Assembly (NCBI GenBank): GCA_040881855.1 | Contig: JBBECM010000113.1 | Coordinates: 1-56,188 of the forward strand | Length of the DNA: 56,188 nucleotides | Reading direction: 5' to 3' | DNA from: Chthoniobacterales bacterium | GTDB taxonomy: Bacteria; Verrucomicrobiota; Verrucomicrobiia; Chthoniobacterales; JACTMZ01 | Part shown: positions 7,459 to 20,042 of the stretch, piece by piece | Layout of the letters: each line of letters begins with the position of its first letter | How positions within the stretch are numbered: the first letter of the stretch is position 1 | Notes under the pieces: model-generated | Told to the model about the DNA's origin: nothing | The model's database searches: none | Seen by the model: the letters and a program-made list of their open reading frames with translations, nothing else | Program-made: the position numbers and the translations under genes

Positions 7459-8983
7459 GTCCGGCGCGGCAGCGTCCGATCTCCCTGAGCGGTGCGCCGG
7501 CGAGGAGTTTTTGCTCGATGGATTCGAGCGAGACGCCTTTGGTCTCGGGCACCAGCGCGAGGAAGAAGACAAAGAAGACGGCGTTGAGCGCGCCGTAGAG
7601 GAGGAAGGTGTTCCCGGGTCCCAGGACGTTGAGCATGGTCAGGAAAGTCATGCCGACAAGCGCGTTGGCCGCCCAGTTGGTCACCGTGCTGCAGGTGATG
7701 CCGAAGTCGCGTCCGGCCAGCGGGAAGATTTCTGCGCAGAGAATCCAGATGATCGGCCCGGCGCTCATGGCGAACCCGGTGATGAAAACAACGAGCGAGG
7801 CCACCGCGAGGTAGCTCATGGTGATGTTGCCGCCACCGGTGCCGAGGTGGAAAAGGGCGCCGAGGGAGAGCATACCGAACCCCATAACCGTGAAACCCGC
7901 ATACATCATGGGCTTGCGTCCGAGACGGTCGACAAAGGCAATGGCGATGAAGGTGGCCAGCACGTTGATCGTGCCGATGAGGACCGTGCCCCACATCTGC
8001 TCGCCCGTGGTGTTGAAGCCGGCCTCGTGGAGGATGCGCGGCGCGTAATACATGATGACATTGATGCCGGTGAATTGCTGGATAACCTGCAGTCCCACGC
8101 CGAGGAAAACCGCACGGCGGAAGTGGCGGTTGTCGCGGAAGAGGCTGAACCCCTTCTGCTCGATCTTGAGGCTGTCTTCGATTCCGGCGAGTTCGCGCTC
8201 GGCTTCCGCGGGGCTGCCGGCGAGGCGGTGGAGGATTTCCCGCGCCTGCGGGACGCGGTTTTTCAGGACGAGCCAGCGGGGGCTTTCCGGGAGGAAAAGC
8301 ATGCCGGCGAACATGAGCAGCGCGGGCACGGCAATGACTCCGAGCATCCACCGCCACGGCACCGCGAAGTAGGCCTCCATGACCATTTGTCCGCGCCCGC
8401 CGGCCATGGCGCTGACCGACTCGCTGATGGTCGTGGCGAGGGGTTTGAGATCGGCGTAGGTGGCGAAGAAGGTATCGCTCAGAAAGGCGAGCACGATGCC
8501 GATGGTGATCATCAGCTGATACATGGAAATGAGCGCGCCGCGCACGCTTTGCGGCGCGATTTCCGAGAGGTAAAGCGGGGCGACGAACGAGGCCATGCCG
8601 ACGGCGATGCCGAGAAAAAACCGCGCCGCGATCAAGGCGCCGGGCGACGGCGCGAGCGCGCAGCAGACCGAACCGGCAGCGAAGACGAGCGCGCTGATCA
8701 GGATGGTGCCGCGGCGTCCGAGTCGCAGCGAGAAGAACCCGCTGATGAGCACACCGAAGACGGCGCCCCAGAGGAGGGAGCTGACGATATTCTCGATGGT
8801 GCGGTCGTCGACGCCGAAATCTTTCTGGATGAACTCGTTCGCGCCCGAAATGACCCCGACATCGAGGCCGAAGAGAAGTCCGGCCAGCGCGGCGGTGAGC
8901 CCGATGAAGTAGACGATGGGTTTGGTCCGGCCGGACAGCGGCCGGGCACCGGAGGGACCGGAGGGAGGGATGATGGCGGGCAT
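7442..8983 (-). CDS. MFS sugar porter (sugar:H+ symporter family)
   Basis: LFGLDVGVISGA, SLRLGRRGT, PESPRWL, PETKG and 12-TM hydropathy. Start chosen at MPAIIPP (8983); a longer alternative starts at 9031. Confidence 0.9.
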   Translation of the reverse strand: MPAIIPPSGPSGARPLSGRTKPIVYFIGLTAALAGLLFGLDVGVISGANEFIQKDFGVDDRTIENIVSSLLWGAVFGVLISGFFSLRLGRRGTILISALVFAAGSVCCALAPSPGALIAARFFLGIAVGMASFVAPLYLSEIAPQSVRGALISMYQLMITIGIVLAFLSDTFFATYADLKPLATTISESVSAMAGGRGQMVMEAYFAVPWRWMLGVIAVPALLMFAGMLFLPESPRWLVLKNRVPQAREILHRLAGSPAEAERELAGIEDSLKIEQKGFSLFRDNRHFRRAVFLGVGLQVIQQFTGINVIMYYAPRILHEAGFNTTGEQMWGTVLIGTINVLATFIAIAFVDRLGRKPMMYAGFTVMGFGMLSLGALFHLGTGGGNITMSYLAVASLVVFITGFAMSAGPIIWILCAEIFPLAGRDFGITCSTVTNWAANALVGMTFLTMLNVLGPGNTFLLYGALNAVFFVFFLALVPETKGVSLESIEQKLLAGAPLREIGRCRAGLTPRS

Positions 8984-9021
8984 TGTCCGAGTTGAGTGAT
9001 GAGAGTTGAGAGAAGAAGCAA

Positions 9022-10308
9022 CTAAATCCACGTGCCGTCGGGGATCACGGCGTTCTTCGGGACAATGACGATGCCGTCACGGATGAAGTAGTTTCCGCCG
9101 TCGTATTCGGCCGGTTTTCCCTCGGGGCTGATGACGACACGTTCGCCGATGCGCGCGTTTTTGTCGACGATGGCGTCGTTGATCGTCGTCTTGCTCCCGA
9201 TGCCGATGGGCGGGGCGCCGGGCGGAGGGGTCGATTGGGCTTCGTAGTAGTCGGCCCCCATCATGACGACATTCTCGAGCACTGCGCCGGATTCGATGAT
9301 GCTGCGGATGCCGACGACACAGCGGTCGAGGGTGGCGTCGGTGATGATGCATCCGTCCGAGACGACGGCCCGGTGCACGGTGGCTCCGTTGATCTTGCTG
9401 GCCGGCAGGAAACGCGGGCGGGAAAAAACGGTGGCGCCGGGGCGGTAGAAGCTGAAGGGCGGCTCGATTTCGGCCAGCGCGAGGTTGGCTTCGAAGAACG
9501 ACCGGATCGTCCCGATGTCCTCCCAGTAGCCCTGGAAAATGTGCGCCTGAACGCGATGGTCCTTGATGACGGACGGAATGACATGCTTGCCGAAGTCGTC
9601 GAAATTGTTGTCGAGGCAACGCACCAGCACGTCGCGGTTGAACAGATAGATACCCATGGACGCCTGATAGCTCTCGTGGCCGGAGGGGAGTCCGAGCTCG
9701 GCGAGCAGCGGGGCGGGAATGCGCAGGGTGTCGAGGACGGCGGGGTCGGACGGCTTTTCGACGAAACGGTCGATGCGCCGCCGGTCGTCGGTGTGCATGA
9801 TGCCGAAGCCCTCGGCGTCATGGCGGTTGACGGGGAGCGTGGCGATGGTCAGGCCGGCGCCGGAGGCAAGATGGCCGGCCATGAGTTCGTGGAAATCCAT
9901 CTGGTAAAGCTGGTCGCCGCTGAGGATGAGGAACCACTGCCACGGTTGCTCGAGAAAGTAAGCGAGGTTCTGGCGCACGGCGTCGGCCGTGCCCTGATAC
10001 CAACCGGACCCGGTGGGGGTCTGCTGCGCGGCGAGGATCTCCACGAAGCTGCCGGAGCTGAAAATATCGAATTTGTAGGTGGCGTTGATGTGCCGGTGGA
10101 GCGAGGCGGTGTTGAACTGCGTCAGCACATAGATGTCGCGGATGCCGGCGTTGAGGCAGTTGCTGATGGGGATGTCGACCAACCGGTATTTGCCGCCGAG
10201 CGGGACGGCGGGCTTGGCGCGGTTCTGGGTGAGGGGGAAGAGCCGTTTGCCCGCGCCACCGCCCATGATGATACCGAGGGTGCGCGCCAAGGCATCGGTC
10301 GTCCGCAT
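9022..10308 (-). CDS. glgC: Glucose-1-phosphate adenylyltransferase
   Basis: LGIIMGGGAGKRLFPLTQNRAKPAVPLGGKYRLVDIPISNC, FVEKP, and a C-terminal left-handed beta-helix region. Start at 10308 (MRTTDAL); an alternative lies at 10326. Confidence 0.95.
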   Translation of the reverse strand: MRTTDALARTLGIIMGGGAGKRLFPLTQNRAKPAVPLGGKYRLVDIPISNCLNAGIRDIYVLTQFNTASLHRHINATYKFDIFSSGSFVEILAAQQTPTGSGWYQGTADAVRQNLAYFLEQPWQWFLILSGDQLYQMDFHELMAGHLASGAGLTIATLPVNRHDAEGFGIMHTDDRRRIDRFVEKPSDPAVLDTLRIPAPLLAELGLPSGHESYQASMGIYLFNRDVLVRCLDNNFDDFGKHVIPSVIKDHRVQAHIFQGYWEDIGTIRSFFEANLALAEIEPPFSFYRPGATVFSRPRFLPASKINGATVHRAVVSDGCIITDATLDRCVVGIRSIIESGAVLENVVMMGADYYEAQSTPPPGAPPIGIGSKTTINDAIVDKNARIGERVVISPEGKPAEYDGGNYFIRDGIVIVPKNAVIPDGTWI

Positions 10309-10444
10309 GGGATGCTCGTCTGGCATAACGTTCAACGGAGTCGCGCAAAGCGCGGCCAATGTCACGCCGCGAATGGCAGGGCCGCATCTGGGTTGATTCC
10401 CGTAGTTGCGTCCCGCGCCCGGCTGCCTCAAGATCTTCTCTCTT

Positions 10445-12292
10445 ATGTGCGGCATTGTCGGTTACGTTGGTCCGGCTGAAGCGGCTCCCATCCTCCTGGA
10501 CGGGCTGCGGCGGCTGGAATACCGGGGCTACGACTCGGCCGGGGTCGCTCTGGGCAACAATGGGTCGCTGGAAATCCGCAAGTCGGTCGGACGCATCCAG
10601 AATTTGGCGCAACTGATCAACGACCAACCGGTCCACGGCAACCGCGGGATCAGCCACACGCGCTGGGCCACGCACGGAGCGGTTACCGGGGAAAACGCCC
10701 ACCCGCATGCGGACCAAAGCGGACGCATCGTGCTGGTGCACAATGGCGTGATCGAGAATTACGCCAAGCTGCGCGAGGAACTCGAGCGCGAGGGGCATGT
10801 TTTCCATTCCGAGACGGATACCGAAGTCCTTGCGCACCTCATCGGCAAATACGCCATTCAACTCGGCGAACCTTCGGCCGATCGCCTGGTCGAGGCGGTG
10901 CGCATGGCCCTGCGCGAAGTGCACGGAACCTACGGCATCGCGGTGATGCACCGCGATGTGCCGGACCTGCTGGTCGGTGCGCGGCGCGGCAGTCCCCTGG
11001 TGCTCGGGGTGGGCAAAGGCGAGAACTTCCTCGCCAGCGACCCCTTGGCCTTGGTCAACCACACCCGCGACGTTGTCTACCTCAAGGATTTCGAGATTGT
11101 CCTGCTCCGTCCCGACAGTTTCCAGATCCAGTCGCTGGCCGGGGATGGTCAGGATTACGAGATCAGCACGGTGGATTTCGATGCGGAGGAAGCCTCCAAA
11201 GGAGACTACCCGCACTACATGCTCAAGGAAATCTACGAGCAAACTTCGACCGTGCGCGATGCCATGCGTGGTCGCCTTTCCCTCGAGGAGGCCACGGCCA
11301 AGCTCGGTGGATTGAATATGACCCCGGCCGAGTTGCGCGGGGTGGAGCGCATCATGCTCATCGGATGCGGCACGGCCTACCATGCGGCACTGGTCGGCGA
11401 ATATCTCATGGAGAGTCTCGCCTGCCTGCCGACCGAGGTGGAGATCGCCAGCGAGTTCCGTTATCGCAACATGCCTTTGGACAAATACACTCTGACATTT
11501 GTTATAAGCCAGAGCGGCGAGACAGCCGACACTCTGGCCGCCTTGCGCGAGAGTCAGCGCAAGGGGCACCGCACCCTCGGCATTTGCAACAACGTGGCCA
11601 GCACGATCGCGCGCGAGAGCGATGGCGGGGTTTACATGCACGCCGGACCGGAAATCGGCGTCGCGGCGACCAAGTCATTCACTTCGCAGGTAACCATTCT
11701 CACCCTGCTTTCCCTCCTGATGGGTCGCCTGCGCAATCTCTCCAGTTCGGATGGTCTCCGCATTATCGAGGAACTCGAACAGTTGCCGGACAAAGTCGCG
11801 CGCGTCCTCGAGATGAACCCGCATCTTCCCGATGTCGCGGCCAAATACGACAACGCCCATGGCATGCTCTTCATGGGTCGCCAGTTCCAATACCCCGTGG
11901 CCATGGAGGCGGCGCTCAAGCTCAAGGAGATCAGCTACATGTCCGCCTCCGGCTACCCGAGCGCGGAGCTGAAACACGGTGTCATTGCCTTGGTCAACCC
12001 AGACATGCCTTCCGTCTTCATCGCGCCCGATGACGCGCTCTTCGAGAAAAACGCGAGCAACATCCAGGAAGTCCGGGCGCGCAAAGGCCCGGTCATCGGC
12101 CTCGGCACCGAAGGCCACAGGGAACTGGAAAGAATCACCGACGACACGCTGTGGGTCCCTTCGGCCCCCGATTGGCTCATGCCCGTGCTCACGGTGATCC
12201 CGTTGCAATTGCTCTCCTACCACATCGCGGTGAACCGCGGTTGCGACGTGGACAAGCCGCGCAACCTGGCCAAGAGCGTGACGGTGGAGTAG
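10445..12292 (+). CDS. glmS: Glutamine--fructose-6-phosphate aminotransferase
   Basis: The MCGIVGYVG Ntn catalytic Cys, two SIS domains, and C-terminal DKPRNLAKSVTVE. Confidence 0.97.
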   Translation: MCGIVGYVGPAEAAPILLDGLRRLEYRGYDSAGVALGNNGSLEIRKSVGRIQNLAQLINDQPVHGNRGISHTRWATHGAVTGENAHPHADQSGRIVLVHNGVIENYAKLREELEREGHVFHSETDTEVLAHLIGKYAIQLGEPSADRLVEAVRMALREVHGTYGIAVMHRDVPDLLVGARRGSPLVLGVGKGENFLASDPLALVNHTRDVVYLKDFEIVLLRPDSFQIQSLAGDGQDYEISTVDFDAEEASKGDYPHYMLKEIYEQTSTVRDAMRGRLSLEEATAKLGGLNMTPAELRGVERIMLIGCGTAYHAALVGEYLMESLACLPTEVEIASEFRYRNMPLDKYTLTFVISQSGETADTLAALRESQRKGHRTLGICNNVASTIARESDGGVYMHAGPEIGVAATKSFTSQVTILTLLSLLMGRLRNLSSSDGLRIIEELEQLPDKVARVLEMNPHLPDVAAKYDNAHGMLFMGRQFQYPVAMEAALKLKEISYMSASGYPSAELKHGVIALVNPDMPSVFIAPDDALFEKNASNIQEVRARKGPVIGLGTEGHRELERITDDTLWVPSAPDWLMPVLTVIPLQLLSYHIAVNRGCDVDKPRNLAKSVTVE

Positions 12293-12364
12293 GAGGCAAT
12301 GCTCCGGCGGTTTGGTCCGCGGATTGCTGGGCGGCCTATTCCCCCAGGCCCCCGTTTGGCCGCG

Positions 12365-14689
<2,325 letters not shown>

Positions 14690-15001
14690 TCACCGCGGGG
14701 TCGCGGGGTCGAGCTGGCGAAGGTAGCCGACGGAGTAAATTCCGGTGGCATGTCCGTCGGCCCATTTCGGCTGCCACCCGTAGCCGCCGACCAGTTCATA
14801 GGAGGCCAATTCAAAGCTGGCCGGGTTATATCTCACTTCGGGTTTGTCGCCGCGGCCGAGAACGTCGGGTTCGCCGTTGCAGACCGCGCAGGGACATGCT
14901 TTGCGGATTTCCTCGAGCGGCAAATAGGTTTCGTGTCCGTCGCTCCAGGCCACAGCCAGTTCCCGTCCGATGACTTGCAGGTTGCCGATTTGCGGTGTCA
15001 T
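14690..15001 (-). CDS. DUF971-family small protein
   Basis: Pattern L.V.WSDGHE..Y....+R..CPCA.C...GGYG...W.DGH.TGIY. Confidence 0.75.
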   Translation of the reverse strand: MTPQIGNLQVIGRELAVAWSDGHETYLPLEEIRKACPCAVCNGEPDVLGRGDKPEVRYNPASFELASYELVGGYGWQPKWADGHATGIYSVGYLRQLDPATPR

Positions 15002-15058
15002 GGAAAAAGGCAGAAGTAAAAATGCAGAATGATGAATTCCGGAGTTTTGCGCTCTGCG

Positions 15059-15757
15059 TTAATCATTTTGCGTTTTGCTGCGGGCCCCGAAGATGGATGA
15101 GCCGATGCGGACAAGGGTGGCGCCTTCGCCGATGGCCGGGGCAAAGTCGCCGCTCATGCCCATGGAAAGCTCGGGCAGGGGATGACCGTGGGCGGACTGC
15201 AATTCATCGCGCATTTGGCGCAGGGCGCGGAAAAACGGCCGTGCTTCTTCCGGATCATCGCTGTAAGGCGCCATGGTCATGAGTCCGCGGATGCGGAGAT
15301 GCGGCAACTTGACCAAGGCCGGAAATTCGGCGCGCAATTGCTCCGGGGTGAAGCCGTGTTTGGTCTCCTCGCCGGAGACATTGACTTCGAGCAGCCCATC
15401 AACCCTTTGGCCGTTTTCGCCGGCAATGCGGTCGAGGGCCTGTGCCAGCGCCGTGCTGTCGATGCTGTGGAAAAATCCGAAGAGAGGAAGCGCCTGGCGG
15501 ACTTTGTTTTTTTGCAGGTGTCCGATGAAGTGCCAGACGAGACCGGGCGGGCAGGACGGAATCTTCTCCCGCGCCTCCTGCACCCGGCTCTCGCCGAAGA
15601 CGCGTTGTCCGGCCTCCGCCGCCGCCACGACCGACTCCGCCGGATGGGTCTTGGACACCGCAACAAGACGCACGGTCACCGGGTCGCGGCCGGCTTGGAC
15701 AGCGGCCTCCGCGATCTGCCGTTGCACGGTGTCCAGTTGGGTGGCGACGTGGTTCAT
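15059..15757 (-). CDS. yggS: YggS-family pyridoxal-phosphate homeostasis protein
   Basis: VRLVAVSKTHP (PLP Lys), WHFIGHLQKNK, SMGMSGDF, and IGSSIFG. Confidence 0.9.
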   Translation of the reverse strand: MNHVATQLDTVQRQIAEAAVQAGRDPVTVRLVAVSKTHPAESVVAAAEAGQRVFGESRVQEAREKIPSCPPGLVWHFIGHLQKNKVRQALPLFGFFHSIDSTALAQALDRIAGENGQRVDGLLEVNVSGEETKHGFTPEQLRAEFPALVKLPHLRIRGLMTMAPYSDDPEEARPFFRALRQMRDELQSAHGHPLPELSMGMSGDFAPAIGEGATLVRIGSSIFGARSKTQND

Positions 15758-15777
15758 TAGATTTGCTTATGCATCAC

Positions 15778-16728
15778 ATGCAGACTATAAGGTGGTCTCA
15801 TATTCCCGTGCAGACGCTTCTCTTCAAAGTATTCCGCGATCTGGCCGAAACCGCCAGTTTTTCGCGGGCTGCCGAGCTGAACGGTATCACGCAGAGCGCG
15901 GTAAGCCAGCAGGTCAAGGCGCTGGAGAAACGCTACGATGTCCGTCTGATCGAGCGCGGGAAAAAAAGTTTTTCCCTGACCGCGGAAGGCCGGGTTTTTC
16001 TCGGGGCGGCGCGGGAGATTCTTGCCGTGGTCGACGGGCTTGATACGCGGTTGCGCGAGTTGAGCGAAGTGATCACGGGTGATTTGCGGCTGGCCGCGGT
16101 GTTGAGCGTCGGGTTGCACGAGTTGCCGCCTTACACGCGGCAGTTTGCCCGGCTTTATCCCCAGGTGAAGATCCACACCGACTACCTGCGCTCCTCCGAA
16201 GTCTATGCTACGGTGCTGGCCGGTCGCGCCGAAGCGGGCTTGGTCGCCTACCCGGCGAAGCGACGCGGTCTGACCTCGGAGGTTCTCTGGAAGGACCGCA
16301 TGGTGCTGGTTTGCAGTCCCTCCCACCGCCTGGCCCGCCGGGCCCGCGTCCCGCTGGGGGAATTGGCAACGGAAAAATTCATCGCCTTCGCCGCGGATCT
16401 TCCGACCCGCAAGGCGTTGGACCGCGCACTGCGGGCGGCCGGGCTCCACGTGCGGCCCGAGAGAGAGTTCGACAACATCGAGACGGTCAAACGCACGGTT
16501 GAGATCGACGGGGCGGTTTCCATCCTGCCCGAGACGGCCTTGGCCAACGAGCGCCGGGCCGGTTCGCTCATCCCGGTGGAGATTGCCTCCCCCGCCATGT
16601 GGCGTCCGGTCGGCGTGGTGACCAAAAGCAACCGCGCCGGCTCGCCGGCCCTGCGGCGGTTTCTCGAGTTGCTCCGCAGCAACACCCTGCGGCCCAAGCT
16701 TGCCAAGCAGGCGCATCTGGCGGATTAG
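15778..16728 (+). CDS. LysR-family transcriptional regulator
   Basis: The N-terminal HTH is LLFKVFRDLAETASFSRAAELNGITQSAVSQQVKALE, followed by a substrate-binding domain. The start is uncertain (TTG 15763, ATG 15769/15778, GTG 15808). It is divergent from yggS. Confidence 0.88.
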   Translation: MQTIRWSHIPVQTLLFKVFRDLAETASFSRAAELNGITQSAVSQQVKALEKRYDVRLIERGKKSFSLTAEGRVFLGAAREILAVVDGLDTRLRELSEVITGDLRLAAVLSVGLHELPPYTRQFARLYPQVKIHTDYLRSSEVYATVLAGRAEAGLVAYPAKRRGLTSEVLWKDRMVLVCSPSHRLARRARVPLGELATEKFIAFAADLPTRKALDRALRAAGLHVRPEREFDNIETVKRTVEIDGAVSILPETALANERRAGSLIPVEIASPAMWRPVGVVTKSNRAGSPALRRFLELLRSNTLRPKLAKQAHLAD

Positions 16729-16736
16729 TGCCCGGC

Positions 16737-17576
16737 ATGCTAAGTCGTCGGCCGCTGATGAAAACCGCCACCCCACTGTGTGTCGCCTCGGTCCTGCTCG
16801 TGGCCGCCTGCGCGCAGGAGCAAACCGGATCCCCGGCCGCGGCGGCGCCTCCGAGGCACGAGCCTTCGATCAGCATCGCCACGACCGGGCCGGTGCCCGC
16901 GCCGCCGCCGCGCGCCCCGGCCAATTACCGCTCGGTCAAGACGGACCGGCCGGTGGTGGCCCTGACCTTCGATGACGGACCGCATCCGCAGCTCACCCCG
17001 CAACTGCTCGACATTCTGCGGCAGCAGGGCGTGCGGGCCACATTTTATGTCATAGGACGCAATGTCGATGCTTATCCGGACATCACACGCCGTATCGTGG
17101 CCGAGGGGCACGAGATTGCCAACCACACCTACAATCACCCGAATCTCACGCAGATCGGTGCGGCGCGATTGGACAGCGAGATGACTCGGACCACGGACGC
17201 CATCGTGCGCGCGACCGGACGCCGCCCGACCAACATGCGTCCGCCCTACGGGGCGATCAACGCGCGCGTCGAGCAGGCGCTCCTGCGAAAGCACGGGTTC
17301 GACGTCATCATGTGGTCGGTCGACCCGCTCGATTGGAGGCGTCCGGGCGCCGAAGTGGTGCGCCAGCGCTTGGTCGACGGCGCCACTCCCGGTGGCATCC
17401 TTCTCGCCCACGACATCCATCCCGGCACGATCGAGGCCATGCCGGGGACGATCGGCGATCTCAAAGCCAAGGGCTACGGCTTCGCCACGGTCAGCCAGTT
17501 GCTCGCCTTGCAGGAGCCTTACCGCCCGCGCCCCGTCGCCGCCACGGCCTCGGAGCCGCCGGCCGTGGTGCGCTGA
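16737..17576 (+). CDS. Polysaccharide deacetylase (NodB homology domain) lipoprotein
   Basis: Lipobox LLVAAC, then VALTFDDGPHP, GVRATFYVIG, GHEIANHTYNHP, MRPPYG, and ILLAHD. Confidence 0.9.
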   Translation: MLSRRPLMKTATPLCVASVLLVAACAQEQTGSPAAAAPPRHEPSISIATTGPVPAPPPRAPANYRSVKTDRPVVALTFDDGPHPQLTPQLLDILRQQGVRATFYVIGRNVDAYPDITRRIVAEGHEIANHTYNHPNLTQIGAARLDSEMTRTTDAIVRATGRRPTNMRPPYGAINARVEQALLRKHGFDVIMWSVDPLDWRRPGAEVVRQRLVDGATPGGILLAHDIHPGTIEAMPGTIGDLKAKGYGFATVSQLLALQEPYRPRPVAATASEPPAVVR

Positions 17577-17604
17577 AAAGTGTCCGGCTTCCCCCCGCCT
17601 GGAA

Positions 17605-18864
17605 TCAGGCCAGCCGCGCGGCCAGTGCCGCGACCAGCACGGTGGCGCCGAGTACCAGCGCGACCGGACGTCGCATGGCGGGGCTGCCCAGTGACACGGC
17701 CATGCCGGCCTTGAGCAAAGAATTTGCCCCCGCAGCGATGAGCACGGCTCGCGTGGCGACATCCATTCCGACATCGCCATCGCGTTGCAATTGGGAGAGG
17801 GACAAGGAAATGGCGTCAAGGTCGGTCAGACCGGAGAGAAAGCTCGCGGTGTAAAGTCCGGCCCCGCCGAAGCCCGCCTGCGCCCAGCGGACGAGGAGAA
17901 CAATGAGCGCGTAGAGGATGGCGAATTGAATGGCGATGCGCAGGCTCAGGGGATTGCGCACTTCGGCGGGGGCGGCGACCGTTTCGGTCCGGGCCTGGAA
18001 GTGACGCCAACTCCACGCGGCAAATGCCAATCCGGGCAAAGCGACGAGAAGCAACCACGGGGCGGTTTGTCCGAGCAAGGGCGGACTGACCGCGCCGAGG
18101 AGAATGGCAACGCGGGCCAACATCACGGTGCAGGCCAGCACGACAGCCAAGGCGCAAAGGCGCCCGGTCTCCGGCTGGGCCCGGCTTTGACGGCTCATGG
18201 CCAGCGTGGTCGCCGTGCTCGAGGCGAGTCCGCCGAGAAGTCCGGTCATGGCCAGCCCGCGGTCCTCGCCGAAAATACGCACCGCCAGGTAGCCGGCGAA
18301 GCCGAGTCCGGAAACAAGCACGACCATGAGCCAGATGTTGAAGGGGTTGAACGCGTCATAAGGACCGTAGGGCCGGTCGGGTACGAGCGGGAGGACGATC
18401 CCGGTGACGGCCGCGAATTGCAGCGCCTGATAAACGTCCTGCCGCGAAAATTTGCTCGAGAGACGGTGCAGCCAATCCTTCGAGGCGAGCAGGACGACGA
18501 GCGAGACGGCCACGACCACCGCCGTCTTCACCTGATCGTAAAAGACCAACCCGCCGAGAAGGTAGGTTGTGAGTCCGACTGCGCCGGTGGTCAGCCCGAT
18601 GTCGCGGTCATGCTGCGCGCGGCGGAAAAGGAAAAGGGAAACCAGCACAACCATGGCGATGAACCCCGCGAGGAAGAATCCCTCGTGGTGCTCGCGGCTG
18701 AACCACGCGCAAAGCGTCCCGAGTGCCCCCCACAGGGCGAAGGTGCGCGCGCCCGCGATGGTGTCCGCCTTGGGGTTCTCGCGCTGCCCGCTCCACTGGC
18801 GCTCGAGGCCGAGGAGCGCCCCGAGTGAAGCGCTGACCAGCAGGGCCTTCAACAGTTCCGGCAT
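17605..18864 (-). CDS. MgtC/SapB-family membrane protein with DUF4010-like C-terminal region
   Basis: Has LGALLGLERQW, is polytopic throughout, and is 419 aa. Confidence 0.8.
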   Translation of the reverse strand: MPELLKALLVSASLGALLGLERQWSGQRENPKADTIAGARTFALWGALGTLCAWFSREHHEGFFLAGFIAMVVLVSLFLFRRAQHDRDIGLTTGAVGLTTYLLGGLVFYDQVKTAVVVAVSLVVLLASKDWLHRLSSKFSRQDVYQALQFAAVTGIVLPLVPDRPYGPYDAFNPFNIWLMVVLVSGLGFAGYLAVRIFGEDRGLAMTGLLGGLASSTATTLAMSRQSRAQPETGRLCALAVVLACTVMLARVAILLGAVSPPLLGQTAPWLLLVALPGLAFAAWSWRHFQARTETVAAPAEVRNPLSLRIAIQFAILYALIVLLVRWAQAGFGGAGLYTASFLSGLTDLDAISLSLSQLQRDGDVGMDVATRAVLIAAGANSLLKAGMAVSLGSPAMRRPVALVLGATVLVAALAARLA

Positions 18865-18923
18865 GAATTCACCTTAAGCCCCTGCGGGCGGGCGGCAACA
18901 CGGCGCCTCGCCGCGGCAAACGA

Positions 18924-19421
18924 TCATACCCCCGCATCGACCGGCAAACGCGCCTTCCGCGGCGGTCGCGAAGGAACGGGCGGCGGATCGGCCGGCACGT
19001 TGCCTCCGCCGTCGCCGCCCTCGCGTTCGTGCGGGTCGAAAAAATGGTCCCACGCAACAAAGATCGCTTTGGAGTGACGCGCGAAAAGCAGGTTGAAGAA
19101 AATGACCGGTGCAATGACCGCTCCGATCAGCGTCCAGACCGGCCAGTCGAAAAACCATTCGAAAGCGGCATAGAGCACCAACCCGAGCAGCGCGGCGATG
19201 CCGTAATTGATCGCCCAAATGGAGAGCAGGAAGTAGCCCGGCTCGCGGTCGTAGGCGTAACCGCAGCGCGGACAGCCGTCGAGCGGGGTGAACCAGTCGT
19301 GCAGGTTGCGCGTCCGCGCCACGGCGGGAAACATCGGCGCGCGCCCGCAAACCGGGCAGACCAGCCGCAAAGCGCGGGCCAGATAATTCCTCGCCCGGGT
19401 CCAATCGCCATCCGCGTCCAC
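18924..19421 (-). CDS. DUF983-like zinc-ribbon membrane protein
   Basis: CPVCG...CPRCG zinc ribbon followed by two TM segments (YFLLSIWAINYGIAALLGLVLY; WTLIGAVIAPVIFFNLLF). Confidence 0.7.
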   Translation of the reverse strand: MDADGDWTRARNYLARALRLVCPVCGRAPMFPAVARTRNLHDWFTPLDGCPRCGYAYDREPGYFLLSIWAINYGIAALLGLVLYAAFEWFFDWPVWTLIGAVIAPVIFFNLLFARHSKAIFVAWDHFFDPHEREGGDGGGNVPADPPPVPSRPPRKARLPVDAGV

Positions 19422-19496
19422 CCTTCTCTCATACGCCGTGCCCCGCGGCGGGTCAAAGCCGCGCTGTGCCCGTTGTCCCGCCGCCCCCCGGGGCAG

Positions 19497-19877
19497 TTAC
19501 GGGCGCACGACGCGCGGATTGATCACACGGATGACCCCGCGGGCGACTTTGGGCGTCCAAAATGGAGCATCGTCGGCGTAGCGCTCGATGTTGCTGCCCT
19601 CGCCCATGATCTCCATCCCGAGGACTTCGCGACCGGTGGAGAAGGACACCACCTCGTATCGGCGCGAACCGCGCAGCATGGCGGCCTCTTCGGCTTTGAT
19701 GCGCCACATTTTGGCCAGCTGTTCGTAGTTCGCGTAATGCGAGCCGACCACGAGGATTTCGACTTTGCCCTGGGGGTGTTCCCAGACCTTCACTCCACCC
19801 AGCGAGCCGTGCATGCCGTAAGGCGTGCCGCAGGCGGTCAGCAGGGCGGTCGCCAGCAAAAGCAAGATGACGCGCAT
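19497..19877 (-). CDS. Small lipoprotein, hypothetical
   Basis: MRVILLLLATALLTAC lipobox. No recognisable catalytic motifs. Confidence 0.65.
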   Translation of the reverse strand: MRVILLLLATALLTACGTPYGMHGSLGGVKVWEHPQGKVEILVVGSHYANYEQLAKMWRIKAEEAAMLRGSRRYEVVSFSTGREVLGMEIMGEGSNIERYADDAPFWTPKVARGVIRVINPRVVRP

Positions 19878-19935
19878 CGGGAGAAATGTCCGGCTTCCGC
19901 CGGAACGAGTCAAAGCATTTGCCCGCGGGAGGACT

Positions 19936-20018
19936 TGGGCAGGAGTGGATTCGAACCACTGAAGGCATAAGCCAGCAGATTTACAGTCTGCCCCGTTTGG
20001 CCACTCCGGAACCTGCCC
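19936..20018 (-). tRNA. tRNA-Tyr (anticodon GTA)
   Basis: Reverse complement has acceptor GGGCAGG/CCTGCCC+A, anticodon stem GCAGA/TCTGC with loop CTGTAAA, a long variable arm (GGCttatGCC), and T-arm AGTGGTTCGAATCCACT. No encoded CCA. Confidence 0.93.
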
Positions 20019-20042
20019 GAGAAACTTGTCCCGCCGTCGCCG

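Noticed and set aside
5418-7598. A 726-aa plus-strand ORF. Similar long ORFs occur at 9818-11641 (minus), 12440-14611 (plus), 7511-8995 (plus), 2048-3298 (minus) and 52265-53641 (plus).
   Set aside because: All lie antisense to, or out of frame with, genes that have clear conserved motifs. Their compositions are dominated by Arg/Gly/Ala/Pro, as expected from GC-rich non-coding frames.
10309-10444. Possible glmS ribozyme in the 136-bp region upstream of glmS.
   Set aside because: I cannot find the conserved glmS ribozyme core pseudoknot sequences. The region looks like a plain divergent promoter spacer shared with glgC. A cmsearch with RF00234 would settle it.
19936-20018. tRNA-Tyr (and tRNA-Ser at 34404-34491) as possible genomic-island integration sites.
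   Set aside because: There is no integrase, no direct repeat of the tRNA 3' end, and no compositional break visible nearby. The flanking genes are ordinary.
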